A DNA stretch of 63,230 nt, counting the filler, from Octopus bimaculoides (lineage: Eukaryota): assembly GCF_001194135.2 (NCBI RefSeq). It is 4 parts of 3 records of this genome, joined end to end, with 100 filler letters (N's around TTAATTAATTAA, not from the genome) between each part and the next. Parts side by side here need not be neighbours in the genome. Positions count along the whole stretch, not along the records: positions 1 to 28,845 come from NC_069004.1; 3 more parts are not named here. One strand, written 5' to 3'. Each line of letters opens with the position of its first letter. Position 1 is the first letter of the stretch. The position numbers were made by a program, and so were the translations under genes. Positions 12,949-24,014 of this stretch are shown here, piece by piece. Under the pieces are notes generated by a model. That model had not been told where the DNA came from, made no database searches, and saw only the letters and a program-made list of their open reading frames with translations.

Positions 12949-13539
12949 ATATATATGAAGAAAAAAGCTGTCATTGTTAGTAAGTCGTAAAGTTGTGTTG
13001 CACTTATAGAATGATGCAATATGCGCAAATCAATCAGGAAAAAAGATTTATGTGTGGAGGTATCTGATTGTCTCTATACTTACCCCTTCTTTGTAATATT
13101 CACTTGAATATAATGATCGGATTGCTTGATATGCAGTGACAATTGTGATCAATGGTAGCTGGGGCTGCGACAGAAATTGAATGACTTGCATCGTTTAGTA
13201 GCTCTCATCTTCATTTCAATCCACTTCTGCTGACGTAACGTCAAAAAATTCAACATTCAGGAGTAAAGACCAAACATCTTTCACATTTCCCCACAAACTC
13301 TATTCACCTCGATTTATTAACGTGTTTTGCATTGATATAAAACCCGGATATATATATATATGTGTGTGTGTGCGCGTGTGTGTATAGAAATTAAATAACA
13401 AGATAGATTTGGTATTAAACCTTATCCTGTACCACGTTCGTTTCGACCGGTCCTACTATCTCAACACAAACACAACCAATCGACTTATTTTAGTCCAAAA
13501 CATTAATCACACAGACACACAAACACACACACACACATA

Positions 13540-13713
13540 TATATACATATATACGACGGGCTTCTTTCAGTTTCCGTCTACCAAATCCACTCACAAGGCT
13601 TTGGTCGGCCCGAGGCTATAGTAGAAGACACTTGCCCAAGGTGCCACGGAGTGGGACTGAACCCGGAACCATGTGGTTGGTAAGCAAGCTACTTATCACA
13701 CAGCCACTCCTGC
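13540..13713 (-). mobile_element. SINE family A head
   Basis: Almost exact reverse complement of 4344-4510. Confidence 0.85.
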
Positions 13714-14341
13714 GCCTATAGACTCTGTTCCATTAAAGTGTTTACATTTTATGTAAAACCACAAAACATTCATAGTAAGCGTGTCTACTTTCCTGCATAC
13801 ATGCATATAAATTAATTACGTATAAATTCTATAAAAGCTCAGATGACACGTACTTAATTTTAATTCATGCTCTGGCATACCTCTTTATGCACTGGCCATG
13901 CTCTTTATTGGTACCAGAAATTTGATCTCAAATGTAATGTCATTAACTTGTGATCTGAAATGTTTTGCACTTACACTCAGTGCATATTGCACAATAAAGG
14001 TGACAGCGTGCTATTAGTCAACGTTGCTGTTTCGCGGGCAATGGGAAGCCGGATGTATTTTGTTATATATATATTTTGGGATGAAACCGCCCCAAATTCT
14101 CGACGTCACCTTGGGAGATGCAGAGTGGTTGGTACGGGACGGCCAGCGATGGAGAGCAGTGGTGGACCTGGTCGGCTCTACGCATGATGACGCCCCTGGG
14201 ACCACTAAAATGGGATGATCCCAACCACATCAAGCAAAATCATGAAACAAAGCCAGTCACTTCTTAAATTACCACAATTTATTCGGATTTGTTGTTATTT
14301 GTTGTTGGGTCATTTTTCTTTCTGCTGAGGGTGGAATCAAC

Positions 14342-14560
14342 ATTTTCTGTGTTTATTTTTGTTTCTCGGAAATTAATCAATTTTTCCGCGCGTGCCTTTT
14401 GTACCGCGTTACGAATTTTCGTGTTTATTTTTGTTTATCAGAAATTCATCAATTTTTCGGCGCGTGCCTTTTGTACCGCGTTACGAATTTTCTTGTTTAT
14501 TTTTGTTTCTCAGAAATTCATCAAATTTTCCGCGTGTGCCTTTTGTACCGCGTTACGAAT
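14342..14560. repeat. 72-bp minisatellite, 3 copies
   Basis: GTACCGCGTTACGAATTTTC recurs at 14401, 14473 and 14545 (period 72). Confidence 0.9.
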
Positions 14561-14619
14561 TTTCTTTATTTTTTCTGTTGTGCAAATACTTGACTGAGAT
14601 ATGTGTTTTATTTTTCAGG

Positions 14620-15480
14620 TTACGTCTACTAATTCAAGCCCGTCTTGCTACTACCAAATAAAAGAAAGTGACTTCCTGAAATATGTCTAAAGGAATCAAA
14701 CCGACCCCCATCCCTCACAAAAGTCCAGAAATGTCTTTTTACACTTACAAAAATATCAAGAACGATTTTCTTATTTTGGTAACTATTCCGTGCACAGAAA
14801 TAATCATAACATTGGAAAATTCACAGACTGTAATCCAGAATATGAACACATAAAACCCCCCCCACTTCTTTCAGAAAAAAAAACGACAAAAAATATCAAG
14901 AACTACAAGAACAATAATGGTGATAAAATGCCTTCTTTTATTCTTGTCATTTGGATTTTTTAAAAGCAAACATTGAAAACATTTGACATAGACATTGTGT
15001 TGGAAAGTAGAACAAAAAGGATTTATACTGTTTCTAGTGTAGTGAAAAAAAAAATGGTAATTTTTGGGACAGAGGATAATCGGTACCATCAAATTTATAA
15101 CTAGTTGGGTACTTTATTTTATCGCTCCCGAAAGGAAGAAAGGCAAATTCGAACTCAGAACATAAAATGTCGGAGAAAAGTTCACAAATAATTTTTATCG
15201 ACGCTTTAATGATTCTGCATTCCTCTCCTCGTTTTCATATGACATCGTTTTGGCTATCTCTCAAATTGTGAGGTCAGTTTCAATTTACAATTACAATACA
15301 TTTCGGAAAGCAGAGAACTATTCCGAACATGTTATACTATAAATAACTGAACATGAAGAAAATATATGAACCACGCACACACTAAATCGATAATTATATA
15401 AAAACAAAAGAATTAAAAGCAATCGTTTCAAATATGTACTAAACAAATTGGGAAACCTACATACACACACACACACACGC
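14620..15480. repeat. duplicated 3' flank block, copy 1 (downstream of the minus-strand gene at 16114)
   Basis: Colinear with 20260-21020: CTGAAATA.GTCTAAAGGAAT, TTCCGTGC, GCACAGAAATAATCA, TTGGAAAAT.CACA.ACTGTAAT.CAGAATA, GGTACTTTATTT.ATCG...CCGAAAGGAAG. Confidence 0.75.
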
Positions 15481-15689
15481 GCGCGTGGGTGGTAACATCA
15501 TAGGGAAGTTGGGCGTAAATGTTGTAAAGTCATTTTTAAACAAAATAAATATAAACAAAAAACCGATAAAGCATATTTATTTTATCGAACGAACGCAGTA
15601 AAATCAATTCTCAACTCTTTTAGAGACGGTCGTTCATTACAAACAAAAACAACTAAACATCAACAGCAATAATGGTTTCATTTTTTGGC

Positions 15690-15880
15690 ACAGCGCTTAT
15701 TTTATCGATCCTCATAATTGGATGAAAGGCAAAACCAACCTGGATAGAATTTGAACTCAGAAAGTGAAGACGGATGGAAACTGCTAAGCATTTTGCCCGT
15801 CGTGCTAACGGTTCTGCCAGCACGCTGCCTTAATAATAATAATGGTTTCAAATTTTGCCTCAAGGACAGCAATTCTGGGT
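15690..15880 (-). mobile_element. SINE family B
   Basis: TTTGAACTCAGAA...CTAAGCATTTTGCCCGTCGTGCTAACGGTTCTGCCAGC is the reverse complement of the 23583 head. Confidence 0.75.
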
Positions 15881-16113
15881 TAGAAAGTAAATAAGAAACA
15901 TCTTCTAAGTTCATATCGATTATATGTGAAAGTAAAGTTTTGATTAAATGGCAAGATTTCAAAAGAATTTTTAAAATGTCCTTGCTAGTGTTTTATATTT
16001 TAATTTTTCTAATATACTCACCTATACCGTGGAATTTCTACGGATCCCGCTAGTTTTCAAAAGATTAGTAAAATTACAGAAGATATTAATATATACATTC
16101 ATGTGTGCTATTG

Positions 16114-17577
16114 CTAAGGTATTAAGTTAACATTCACTGTTTTTGAATTTTCAGGCGAATCAGTTCCCTCTATACGTGCCCAATCTTGGATTTCTCCTCT
16201 GGCCAATATCGCAAACAATATTGCACCAACTACACATACAGAAGCAAACAAGGCTAACACGATCTGCCATTCTTCTTGTGTACCATTTGGAGTGAGAGCT
16301 TTTGCAGACACCGTACTAATACTGCCAGCTGCTGTGCCAAAAGCATTAGCTATTCCAAATACAACGCCAGCGTAATTTGGGGCAATGTCAATGTTGTTGA
16401 CGGTAACACCACCGCTGGAAAAGGATAGAGTTATACCACTAAGAAACAAGAGGATACTTATTAAAGTGTTTTCGCCACATTCGAGGAATCCTATCGCGAT
16501 TAACAGACTTGCTGAACCTAACATAGAAAAAGTGTGGAATAAAACTCGAACAGAACGAGTTGACAGATATTTCTTTGAACGTACAATATCTGCGCATTTT
16601 CCCCACACCGGTAAAGCAATTATTTGTCCAACTGCAGTGACAGACGACATTAAACCGTTGGATGTTGTATTAACGTTTAAAGCTTCTTTCACATAAAGAG
16701 GTAACAACACCTGGAAAGATAGAGTAGTCCAACAATAAGCACACCAACCAAAGATGATGGCCCAAACTGCAGATGAAGAGAACAGCCGTTTCCAGGGCAC
16801 ATTTTTAACTACTTTTTCACTCACTATAGTTCTCTTTAAGTAAGAATATTCTTCTTCGCTGATAGTGGGATGGGTGTCTGGATTATCGTAAACTACATAA
16901 AACCACACACAACTAAACACCAACGATAATCCACCAAATATATAAAATATAGAACCCCATCCATTATCAAATCCATACACACAAAGGTAACCTGATATCG
17001 AAAGACATAAAATACTACCTAAATATTGAGCAGCAAATATAATAGCAATCAATAAACTAATTTCTTGTGAAGGAGCCCAGCGTCCAAATAAGGACTGAAG
17101 TGCAGGGTAGGTCGGCCCCGATACCACACCGGTTAATATCCTTAGAACAAGAGTAAAGTAGCCACTAACTCGTGATAAACTTGGGTGGAGAATGGTCAAA
17201 ATTGATGATGAGAGAAATGAAGCTCCCAGAACTCTTTTTCCACCATATTTATCTGCCAATAATCCACCCACAATGTTAGTCCCTATATATCCATAAAAGT
17301 AACCAGCTAACATGTTTGATTGTAATTTATCACTCCATTCAAACTCTCCTTCATAATTTCGATTTAATGAATAATTATTCAAAGCAGAACAACGATGTTC
17401 ATTTGCAGTAAAGCTAACTTCCTCAGTCGTACGATTGGGTGTTTTCAACATACATACAAATGCCATGCTTAGATTAACTCTTAATGTTTGCATCAAAAGA
17501 CTAGCAGTAGCACAGGCATAACATAGTCTCCAACGACAAGAAGAATAACGCTTTATCCAGAGGGCGAATTGAGACAT
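16114..17577 (-). CDS. SLC17A5-like: SLC17 family (sialin-like) MFS anion transporter, intronless, ~487 aa
   Basis: Uninterrupted ORF; TM1 LRVNLSMA, GGLLADKYGGKR, DIAPNYAGVVFGIANAFG, EEWQIV. ATG 17577 aligns with the paralog starts (the ORF track starts at TTG 17592). Confidence 0.93.
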   Translation of the reverse strand: MSQFALWIKRYSSCRWRLCYACATASLLMQTLRVNLSMAFVCMLKTPNRTTEEVSFTANEHRCSALNNYSLNRNYEGEFEWSDKLQSNMLAGYFYGYIGTNIVGGLLADKYGGKRVLGASFLSSSILTILHPSLSRVSGYFTLVLRILTGVVSGPTYPALQSLFGRWAPSQEISLLIAIIFAAQYLGSILCLSISGYLCVYGFDNGWGSIFYIFGGLSLVFSCVWFYVVYDNPDTHPTISEEEYSYLKRTIVSEKVVKNVPWKRLFSSSAVWAIIFGWCAYCWTTLSFQVLLPLYVKEALNVNTTSNGLMSSVTAVGQIIALPVWGKCADIVRSKKYLSTRSVRVLFHTFSMLGSASLLIAIGFLECGENTLISILLFLSGITLSFSSGGVTVNNIDIAPNYAGVVFGIANAFGTAAGSISTVSAKALTPNGTQEEWQIVLALFASVCVVGAILFAILARGEIQDWARIEGTDSPENSKTVNVNLIP

Positions 17578-18139
17578 TTTTGTTAACTTCAAGTTCCAAT
17601 GATTTTCACAATGTTTATTTTTAAGAGATGTGTGATGTAATTTTTAAATATTGAATGAAACAGTAAAAGACAGTCACCAAAAATTAGCAACTTCTTACTT
17701 TCCTGTGCGCAGCTTCATTTCATAAAATTAATGATGGTTGTTTGGTCTCTAAAGTGTATATTTAACCAAATGAAATCTGATGTTCAAACATTTTGATTAA
17801 GATATCTTAATGTCAATATATTTCAGAGTAGCTTGGTACATTTCATTATCGATAAATTTAGACATGTAACCCTGTAAAGCTTAGTGTTAATATATATTAG
17901 TTATCACTGCTTTAGTAAACTATTTTGTTTATTTTTTACTATCACGTTAAGGCAAAAATACAATCAAGAAATAAGACGAATAAAAATGCAGAGTTTGACA
18001 GTAAATTATAGAGAACGCAAATTCAGGAATTGTGTTACAATCTGTAAAGTTTGGCTCTGGAATTAATACCGTCACTTCCAAATCTTCTCTGTCTGCTGTA
18101 AATCTGAAACCTGGAGATACATAAGAAACAGTCGAAAAA

Positions 18140-18530
18140 TATGTGGTAACCAACTAGTTTTTAAACGATATATGTTCAATTCCACAATTCCACAATTCCA
18201 CTTAGTTCTTTGATGTATTCAGTTATACTCTGTGTTACTTCAGTATAAGTCTGTGGGGACGTTTACAATGCAGTTCCTATTTAAGGTTGAGTCATTCCAA
18301 GTTATTCATTCCTTGTATCAAAAATACGACAGAAACTGAAGATCCAACTGTGGGAAATATTAGTTCAACGACAAATATTTTTGGGAAGAATTGGTGAAGC
18401 TGGGAAATAAAGATTGTTGAGTATTCCTTTATGTCTCTTTGTGTTCTTAGTTCTGGCAAGAATCAATTGATTGTGCATTCTCTGAAATGTGAGATCGTGT
18501 ATCAATGAAAGAAATCAATATTAGTTAATG
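18140..18530 (-). promoter_or_regulatory. SLC17 upstream module copy d
   Basis: Reverse complement contains GAACTAAGAACACAAAGAGACATAAAG, TTGAACTAATATTTCCC and GGAATGACTCAACC. The homologous acceptor reads AC, with an alternative TTTCAG 15 nt further on. Confidence 0.6.
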
Positions 18531-18542
18531 GACTTAAAAACA

Positions 18543-18620
18543 TACGAGAGGTGCTCAAAATTTCCTGGCTTTTGGTAAAAGAAAACACAGGAGGATCAGT
18601 TATGATTTTATTCAGCATAG
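18543..18620. mobile_element. possible mariner-type terminal fragment
   Basis: TACGAGAGGTGCTCAAAATTTCCTGGC resembles mariner TIRs that start TACGAGG; short and single-ended. Confidence 0.35.
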
Positions 18621-18663
18621 GCTATGAACGAGATGTGACACCCCTTTTAATTCTGATATTGCC

Positions 18664-19005
18664 ATGGGTTCAAGTGACTCCGCCCAAGTTATAGATTTGG
18701 TTGGTGCATACCTCCGTAAGTGTCTTAGTAGTGAACTCCCTGAACTGCAGGATGGTCATTACAAAGATGAAACATTATTTATTATAACTAAAGACTATCA
18801 TAGAAAGAATGAGGCAGAAAGATCAGATAATTCTTCAAAAGCTTTAACCTAGGGCTCACTTTCGAATAAGATATGAAAATAATTAACTTCTTAGATGCTA
18901 CACTAGAACTTAAATCTGGTTTGTATTATCCCTATAGAAAACCAAATGTTACAAAGTATGTGAACAAATCCTCTAATCATCTCCCAAATGTATTAAAGTC
19001 ATATA
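18664..19005 (+). mobile_element. Penelope-like element reverse transcriptase fragment (degenerate)
   Basis: MGSSDSAQVIDLVGAYL, GHYKDE (degenerate GLYRDD) and [10 protein letters not shown]...YYPYRKPN...SNH are typical PLE RT/thumb motifs; frame disrupted. Confidence 0.7.
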
Positions 19006-20259
19006 TATACATACACATATACATATACATATACATGTCTGGATTATTACGTAGATATTATATATCAATGAAGAAAAAAAAAGGTCGTTGGGATTTGAAG
19101 AAAAACTACTTATTTAGCGGTTCGGAAAAAGAGACCGACAGAATAAATCCTGCGGTCGATTTGTTCGACTAAAGACGGTGCTCGAGTATGGCCGCAGTCA
19201 AATGAATGAAACAAGTAAAAGAATGCAAGAGTAATATATATCTATTTGTGTGTGTGTGTATTTGCGTATATTTTTATAGGGTTATCTATGCATTGCATTT
19301 ATGTTTTAGTGAATAACTACGTCAATGTATGTGTGAGATTGTATGTATGTGAGTGTATTAAAACCGTGTATATACAATACTACGTATACAAAATTGTATG
19401 TCGGTAGTGAATAATGAAACGTACTTACAGCGTACTTACAGGATATCTGCGTTCTGTGGTTCCATTGGATGAAGTATATGCATCCACATTTGTACTAGTG
19501 TATACATTTAGTGATTAAGTTGTTGTTTCTTAATATGTTTATCTCCAGTGGATAATCCCATTTGTGCTAGCTACGAGATTTAAATGATCAACACTTCATT
19601 GCATCTAGAGGTCGTTCAGATGAGTTACTTCTTTCTCAAAATATTCTAAGCGGTTGGTTTCCTGGTAGATTTGTTTAAATATAAAATAAATGAATTATCA
19701 ATTATATTGTGTGAAAAAAGTGACATTTTATTTCACATTCTTAAACCTTTTTGAGTCTCATGTTCTTGACATTCATTTTGTGACTGGCCATCAGAACTGC
19801 GACTGTTAAATCTGCTTGTTCTAGATTCAGCTGTCACTAACATTTCTCATATTACGAAGTGAAGATCTTTTGATGTTATTTTATATTATTCACTTTTAAA
19901 GTTTCATTTGTTGTATTTTGTGATATTGTCTTTCATACATAGATTATAAAGTGCTTTGTACTTTCGATGAGTCAATTACAATGGTTTTGTTGGTTACACG
20001 TAGGCCATCGCATTTATGTATGGTTCGCTTTTATTTTAATATCAGTGTGTACCCCCAAAATTAGTGTCCCTTTTCTTTGTTGAAGATCAAGTCAATTTTT
20101 TCAAAGTTCAATTTTGTTTCCTAGAAATTCCTTATGTTTTTGTACGTATGTACTTGTTGCATTAGGCTATGAATTTTCGTATTCACTCTTTCTCCTGTTG
20201 AAGCCGTGAAACTTCTTCAGCAATTGCTTGGTATGGGCGTGTATTTCACTGTTTCCATG

Positions 20260-21020
20260 CTACAATTACTGACTCAAGCTATTTTCCCACTACCCTAATA
20301 AAATAGACATTCTGAAATACGTCTAAAGGAATAGAGTAAACACGTTCAGAAATATCTATTTACACAAACAAAAGTGTAAAAGCGATATTCTAAACTTTCT
20401 TTGTAATAATTCCGTGCGAAACGGCACAGAAATAATCAGGATGTTGGAAAATCCACAAACTGTAATTCAGAATAGGAATGACTTTTAGGAAAATAACAAC
20501 AACAACATCAAGAACAACGATAGTGTTATATAATGTTTCCTTTTATTATTACCATTTGGATCTTTTCAAGCATACAACAAAAACGTTTGACATAATGGCG
20601 TTATAAAGAAAAACAAAACAGATTGAAATTGTTGCTAATTCAGGTAAAAGACCTATCATTTTGAGGGGAGATGATAATGAGTACGATAGAATTTGGTACT
20701 TTATTTGATCGATACCGAAAGGAAGCAAAGCAACTTTGAATTCAGAGCATAAAAAGATAGATTTTAGCGAATCTTGAAAGGATTCTTCTCCTCCCTTTTA
20801 TATGTGAGGTTCAATTTCCATTTATAATTCTAATAAAACGCAAAATACCACGGGGCCATTCCGGAGAAGTTTTACCATGACTAACTGGAGATGGTAAAAT
20901 TATTAGTTAGAATAAACACGCTGTAAATGATTACATAATAAGGCAACCTAATTAAAACATATAAAATTATTTAAAATATATACCAAAACAGATAGAGTAA
21001 CATACGCACACAAACACATA
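20260..21020. repeat. duplicated 3' flank block, copy 2 (downstream of the pseudogene at 21686)
   Basis: Direct repeat of 14620-15480. The offset of about 5.6 kb matches the stop-to-stop distance of the two minus-strand genes (5572 bp). Confidence 0.75.
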
Positions 21021-21486
21021 GGTGGGAACCTGCCAGATCGTTTGGATCGGAATATTCCACAAATTTAGTCTCCATGACGCTATAAAACAGTTACGTATGT
21101 TTATATGTTACCTTATGTTACCGTATCTGTTCATCGATGTATATAACTACACACGCTAACATGAATTAGCATTCGCATATTCGCACGCACAAAAGTTACA
21201 GTGTTAACATTGCCCTGGCGCATACCAAATATATTATACATAGAGACGCCATTACAAATGAATACAGAAAATGTATAGATACATCCAAAGCCATACAGAC
21301 ACGCACGTATATACCACTCCCAATAATGCATAATATAAAAATTCTTAATCTCAGAAATATAGGAACCCCACGTACGAGGGGATCGCGAAAAGTCCCTGCC
21401 TTTAAGTGTATAGCGAGAGGCTTGGCTGTAGGCCTAAACTTCCGCTGCGATACTTATGATATATATATATCACAAGTATCGCAGTA

Positions 21487-21522
<36 letters not shown>

Positions 21523-21595
21523 TGTATGTATGTATGTATGTATGTATGTATGTGTGTGTGTGTGTGTGTGTGTGNNNNNNNNNNNNNNNNNNNNN

Positions 21596-21650
<55 letters not shown>

Positions 21651-21685
21651 TGTGTGTGTGTGTGTGTGTGTGTAGCAAAAGAATG

Positions 21686-23138
21686 CTAAGCAATTTTATT
21701 TGTTTGTGTGTCGCTATGATTAACGGAAGATCCAGGCTCTTCTGAACTTGCCCAATCTTGTATTTCTCCTCTGGCTAATATTGAATACAAGATTGCTCCA
21801 GATACACATATGGCAGCCAACAATGCAAACACAATCTGCCATTCTTCTTTAGTGCCGTTTGGTGTTAAGGCCTTCGTAGATAAGGGACAAATGCTGCTGG
21901 CTATTGTTCCGAAACTGTTTGCAATTCCATATACAGTACCCGCATATTTCGGAGCAATGTCTTTGTTATTCACGTGAACACCACCGCAAACAAATGACAT
22001 TGTTACACCACAGAGAAATAAGAGAAAACTTATTAGAATGGTTTGGTCACATCTGAGGAAAGTTATGGCAATTAATATGCATCCAGAAAAAATCAGAGAA
22101 AAGTCTTGGAATAAAACTCGAACACAACGAGTTGACAGAAATTTCTTGGAAAGTACGAAATCTGCCAGATTCCCACATAACGGTAGAGCAATAACTTATC
22201 CAACTGAATGGGCAGACGACATTAAACCGTTGGACGTTGTTTTAACGTTTAAGGCTTCGTTCATATATAGAGGAAGCAATACTTGTAACGATGTTTGCAT
22301 CCACTTAGAACTTAGCGAAGTTAATTGCCCAAACTGCAGGTGAAGAAAATAATTTTTTCCATGGTACATTCTTAACTGCCTTTTTGCTTGTTACGGTTGT
22401 ATTTAGATAAGAACGTTCTTCATCGCTGATAGTCGGGTGGGTGTCCGGATTATCATAAACCACATAAAACCATACACAGCTAAACAACAACGATAATCCA
22501 CCAAATACATAGAATATGGAACCCCATCCATTATCAAAGCCATAAACAGAAAGAAAACCTGATACTGAATGGCCTACGAATGTACCTAAGAATTGACCAG
22601 CAAATGAAAACCCAATCAATGAACTAATTTCCTATGTAGGTCCCCAACGTCTAAATAGGGAATGAATTGCTGGGTATATAGGTCCAGATACCATACCTGT
22701 TAAAATTCTAAGAACAAGCGTAATGTAACCACTAATTCGGGATAAACTTGGGTGAAGAACAGACAGAAGAGAGGCTAAGATTAGTGAACCCGCCACAACT
22801 CTTTTCCCACCGTATTTATCAGCCAATAAACCACCCAGAATATTAGACATAATATATCCATAAAAGTACCCGGCCAACATGTTCGATTGTAACGTGGCAC
22901 TCCATTCGAATTCTCCTTCAAAATTTTGGTTCCTTGAATAATTATCTGCACCGGAACAATGTTCGTTGTTTACAGAAATGTTAACTTCCTCACTTGTACG
23001 ATTGGGAGTTTTCGACATACAAACAAATGCCATACTTAGATCAACTTTGAATGTTTGTATCAGTATACAAACAATAAAACAGGCATAGCACAATCTCCAG
23101 GAACAACAACGCTTTGTATACTGGATAAACTTCGACAT
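21686..23138 (-). pseudogene. SLC17A5-like: SLC17/sialin-like pseudogene, full length but disrupted
   Basis: Colinear with the paralogs. In-frame TAG at 22634-22632, a ~5-nt deletion frameshift near 22300-22307 (TTC TAA G TGG vs TTT TCT TAT GGC TGG), and in-frame TAA at 22198-22196. Confidence 0.88.
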
Positions 23139-23582
23139 TATTATGTTCTATCTTCTGATTCTCACAATGTGTTACTTGAAATTGAATGTTTGTACTTATA
23201 TTAATCCACGTAACATATAAATATGTAAACAATCTCTAAAAAAAAGACTGTTGTTTAAGAAAATATTACTTTGATTGGATCAACGTACTGGTCTGCTTTA
23301 TCAGATTTGATGATGTAAATGTTTGTATATATTTATTGGAATTAATATATTTTTCCTTCAAAATTATAATCAGATGATATTTTAGTACATTGGTATATTT
23401 TAACAGTAAAAAACAAGGAAGTTGTTTATCAATCATTGGAACATTAAGAATATAATGAAAACAAGGGGAAATGTAAAATTGCAGAGGTGTGACAATAAGT
23501 TACTCAGAACACAGATTCAGAAATTCTGTTATAATCTGCAATGTTTAAGGCAAGAATTAATACCAATATTTCCAGTTACTAG

Positions 23583-23750
23583 GGCGGCGAGCTGGCAGAA
23601 ACGTTAGCACGCCGGGCGAAATTCTTAGCGGTGTTTCGTATGTCTTTACGTCCTGAGTTCAAATTCCATCAAGGTCGACTTTGCCTTTCATACGTTCAGA
23701 GTCGATAAATTAAGCAGCAGTTGCGTACTGGGGTCGATCTAATAGACTGG
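23583..23750 (+). mobile_element. SINE family B
   Basis: GGCGGCGAGCTGGCAGAAACGTTAGCACGCCGGGCGAAA...GAGTTCAAATTCC (B-box-like)...GGGGTCGATCTAAT. Confidence 0.8.
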
Positions 23751-23759
23751 TACCTTCTA

Positions 23760-24014
23760 TTTCAGGTTGCGTTATTACAGATAATCCTCTCACTCCTTGT
23801 GTTTCAATTTTGGGCAGGAATTGAAAATCCACGTGTAGGAAATATTAGCACAGTAACAAATACTGGTGGACAGAATTAGTAAAGCTGAGAATTTAAATTC
23901 TTTGAGTGTTTATTTACGCTTCTTTATGGCTCTTAGTTCTGGAAAGAATTCCTCGATTGTACATCCACGGAAATGTGTGACCTGTACGAATATAAAGAAT
24001 CAATATTAATTTAT

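Noticed and set aside
14000-14220. Possible LINE 3' fragment (RDGQRWRAVVDLV)
   Set aside because: It rests on one weak motif, too little to annotate.
11302-17577. Calling the transporters VGLUTs
   Set aside because: They lack the VGLUT TM7 arginine and the TM4 glutamate.
21686-23138. Rescue of the pseudogene by A-to-I editing of its TAG/TAA stops
   Set aside because: Editing could turn the stops into Trp but cannot repair the frameshift near 22300.
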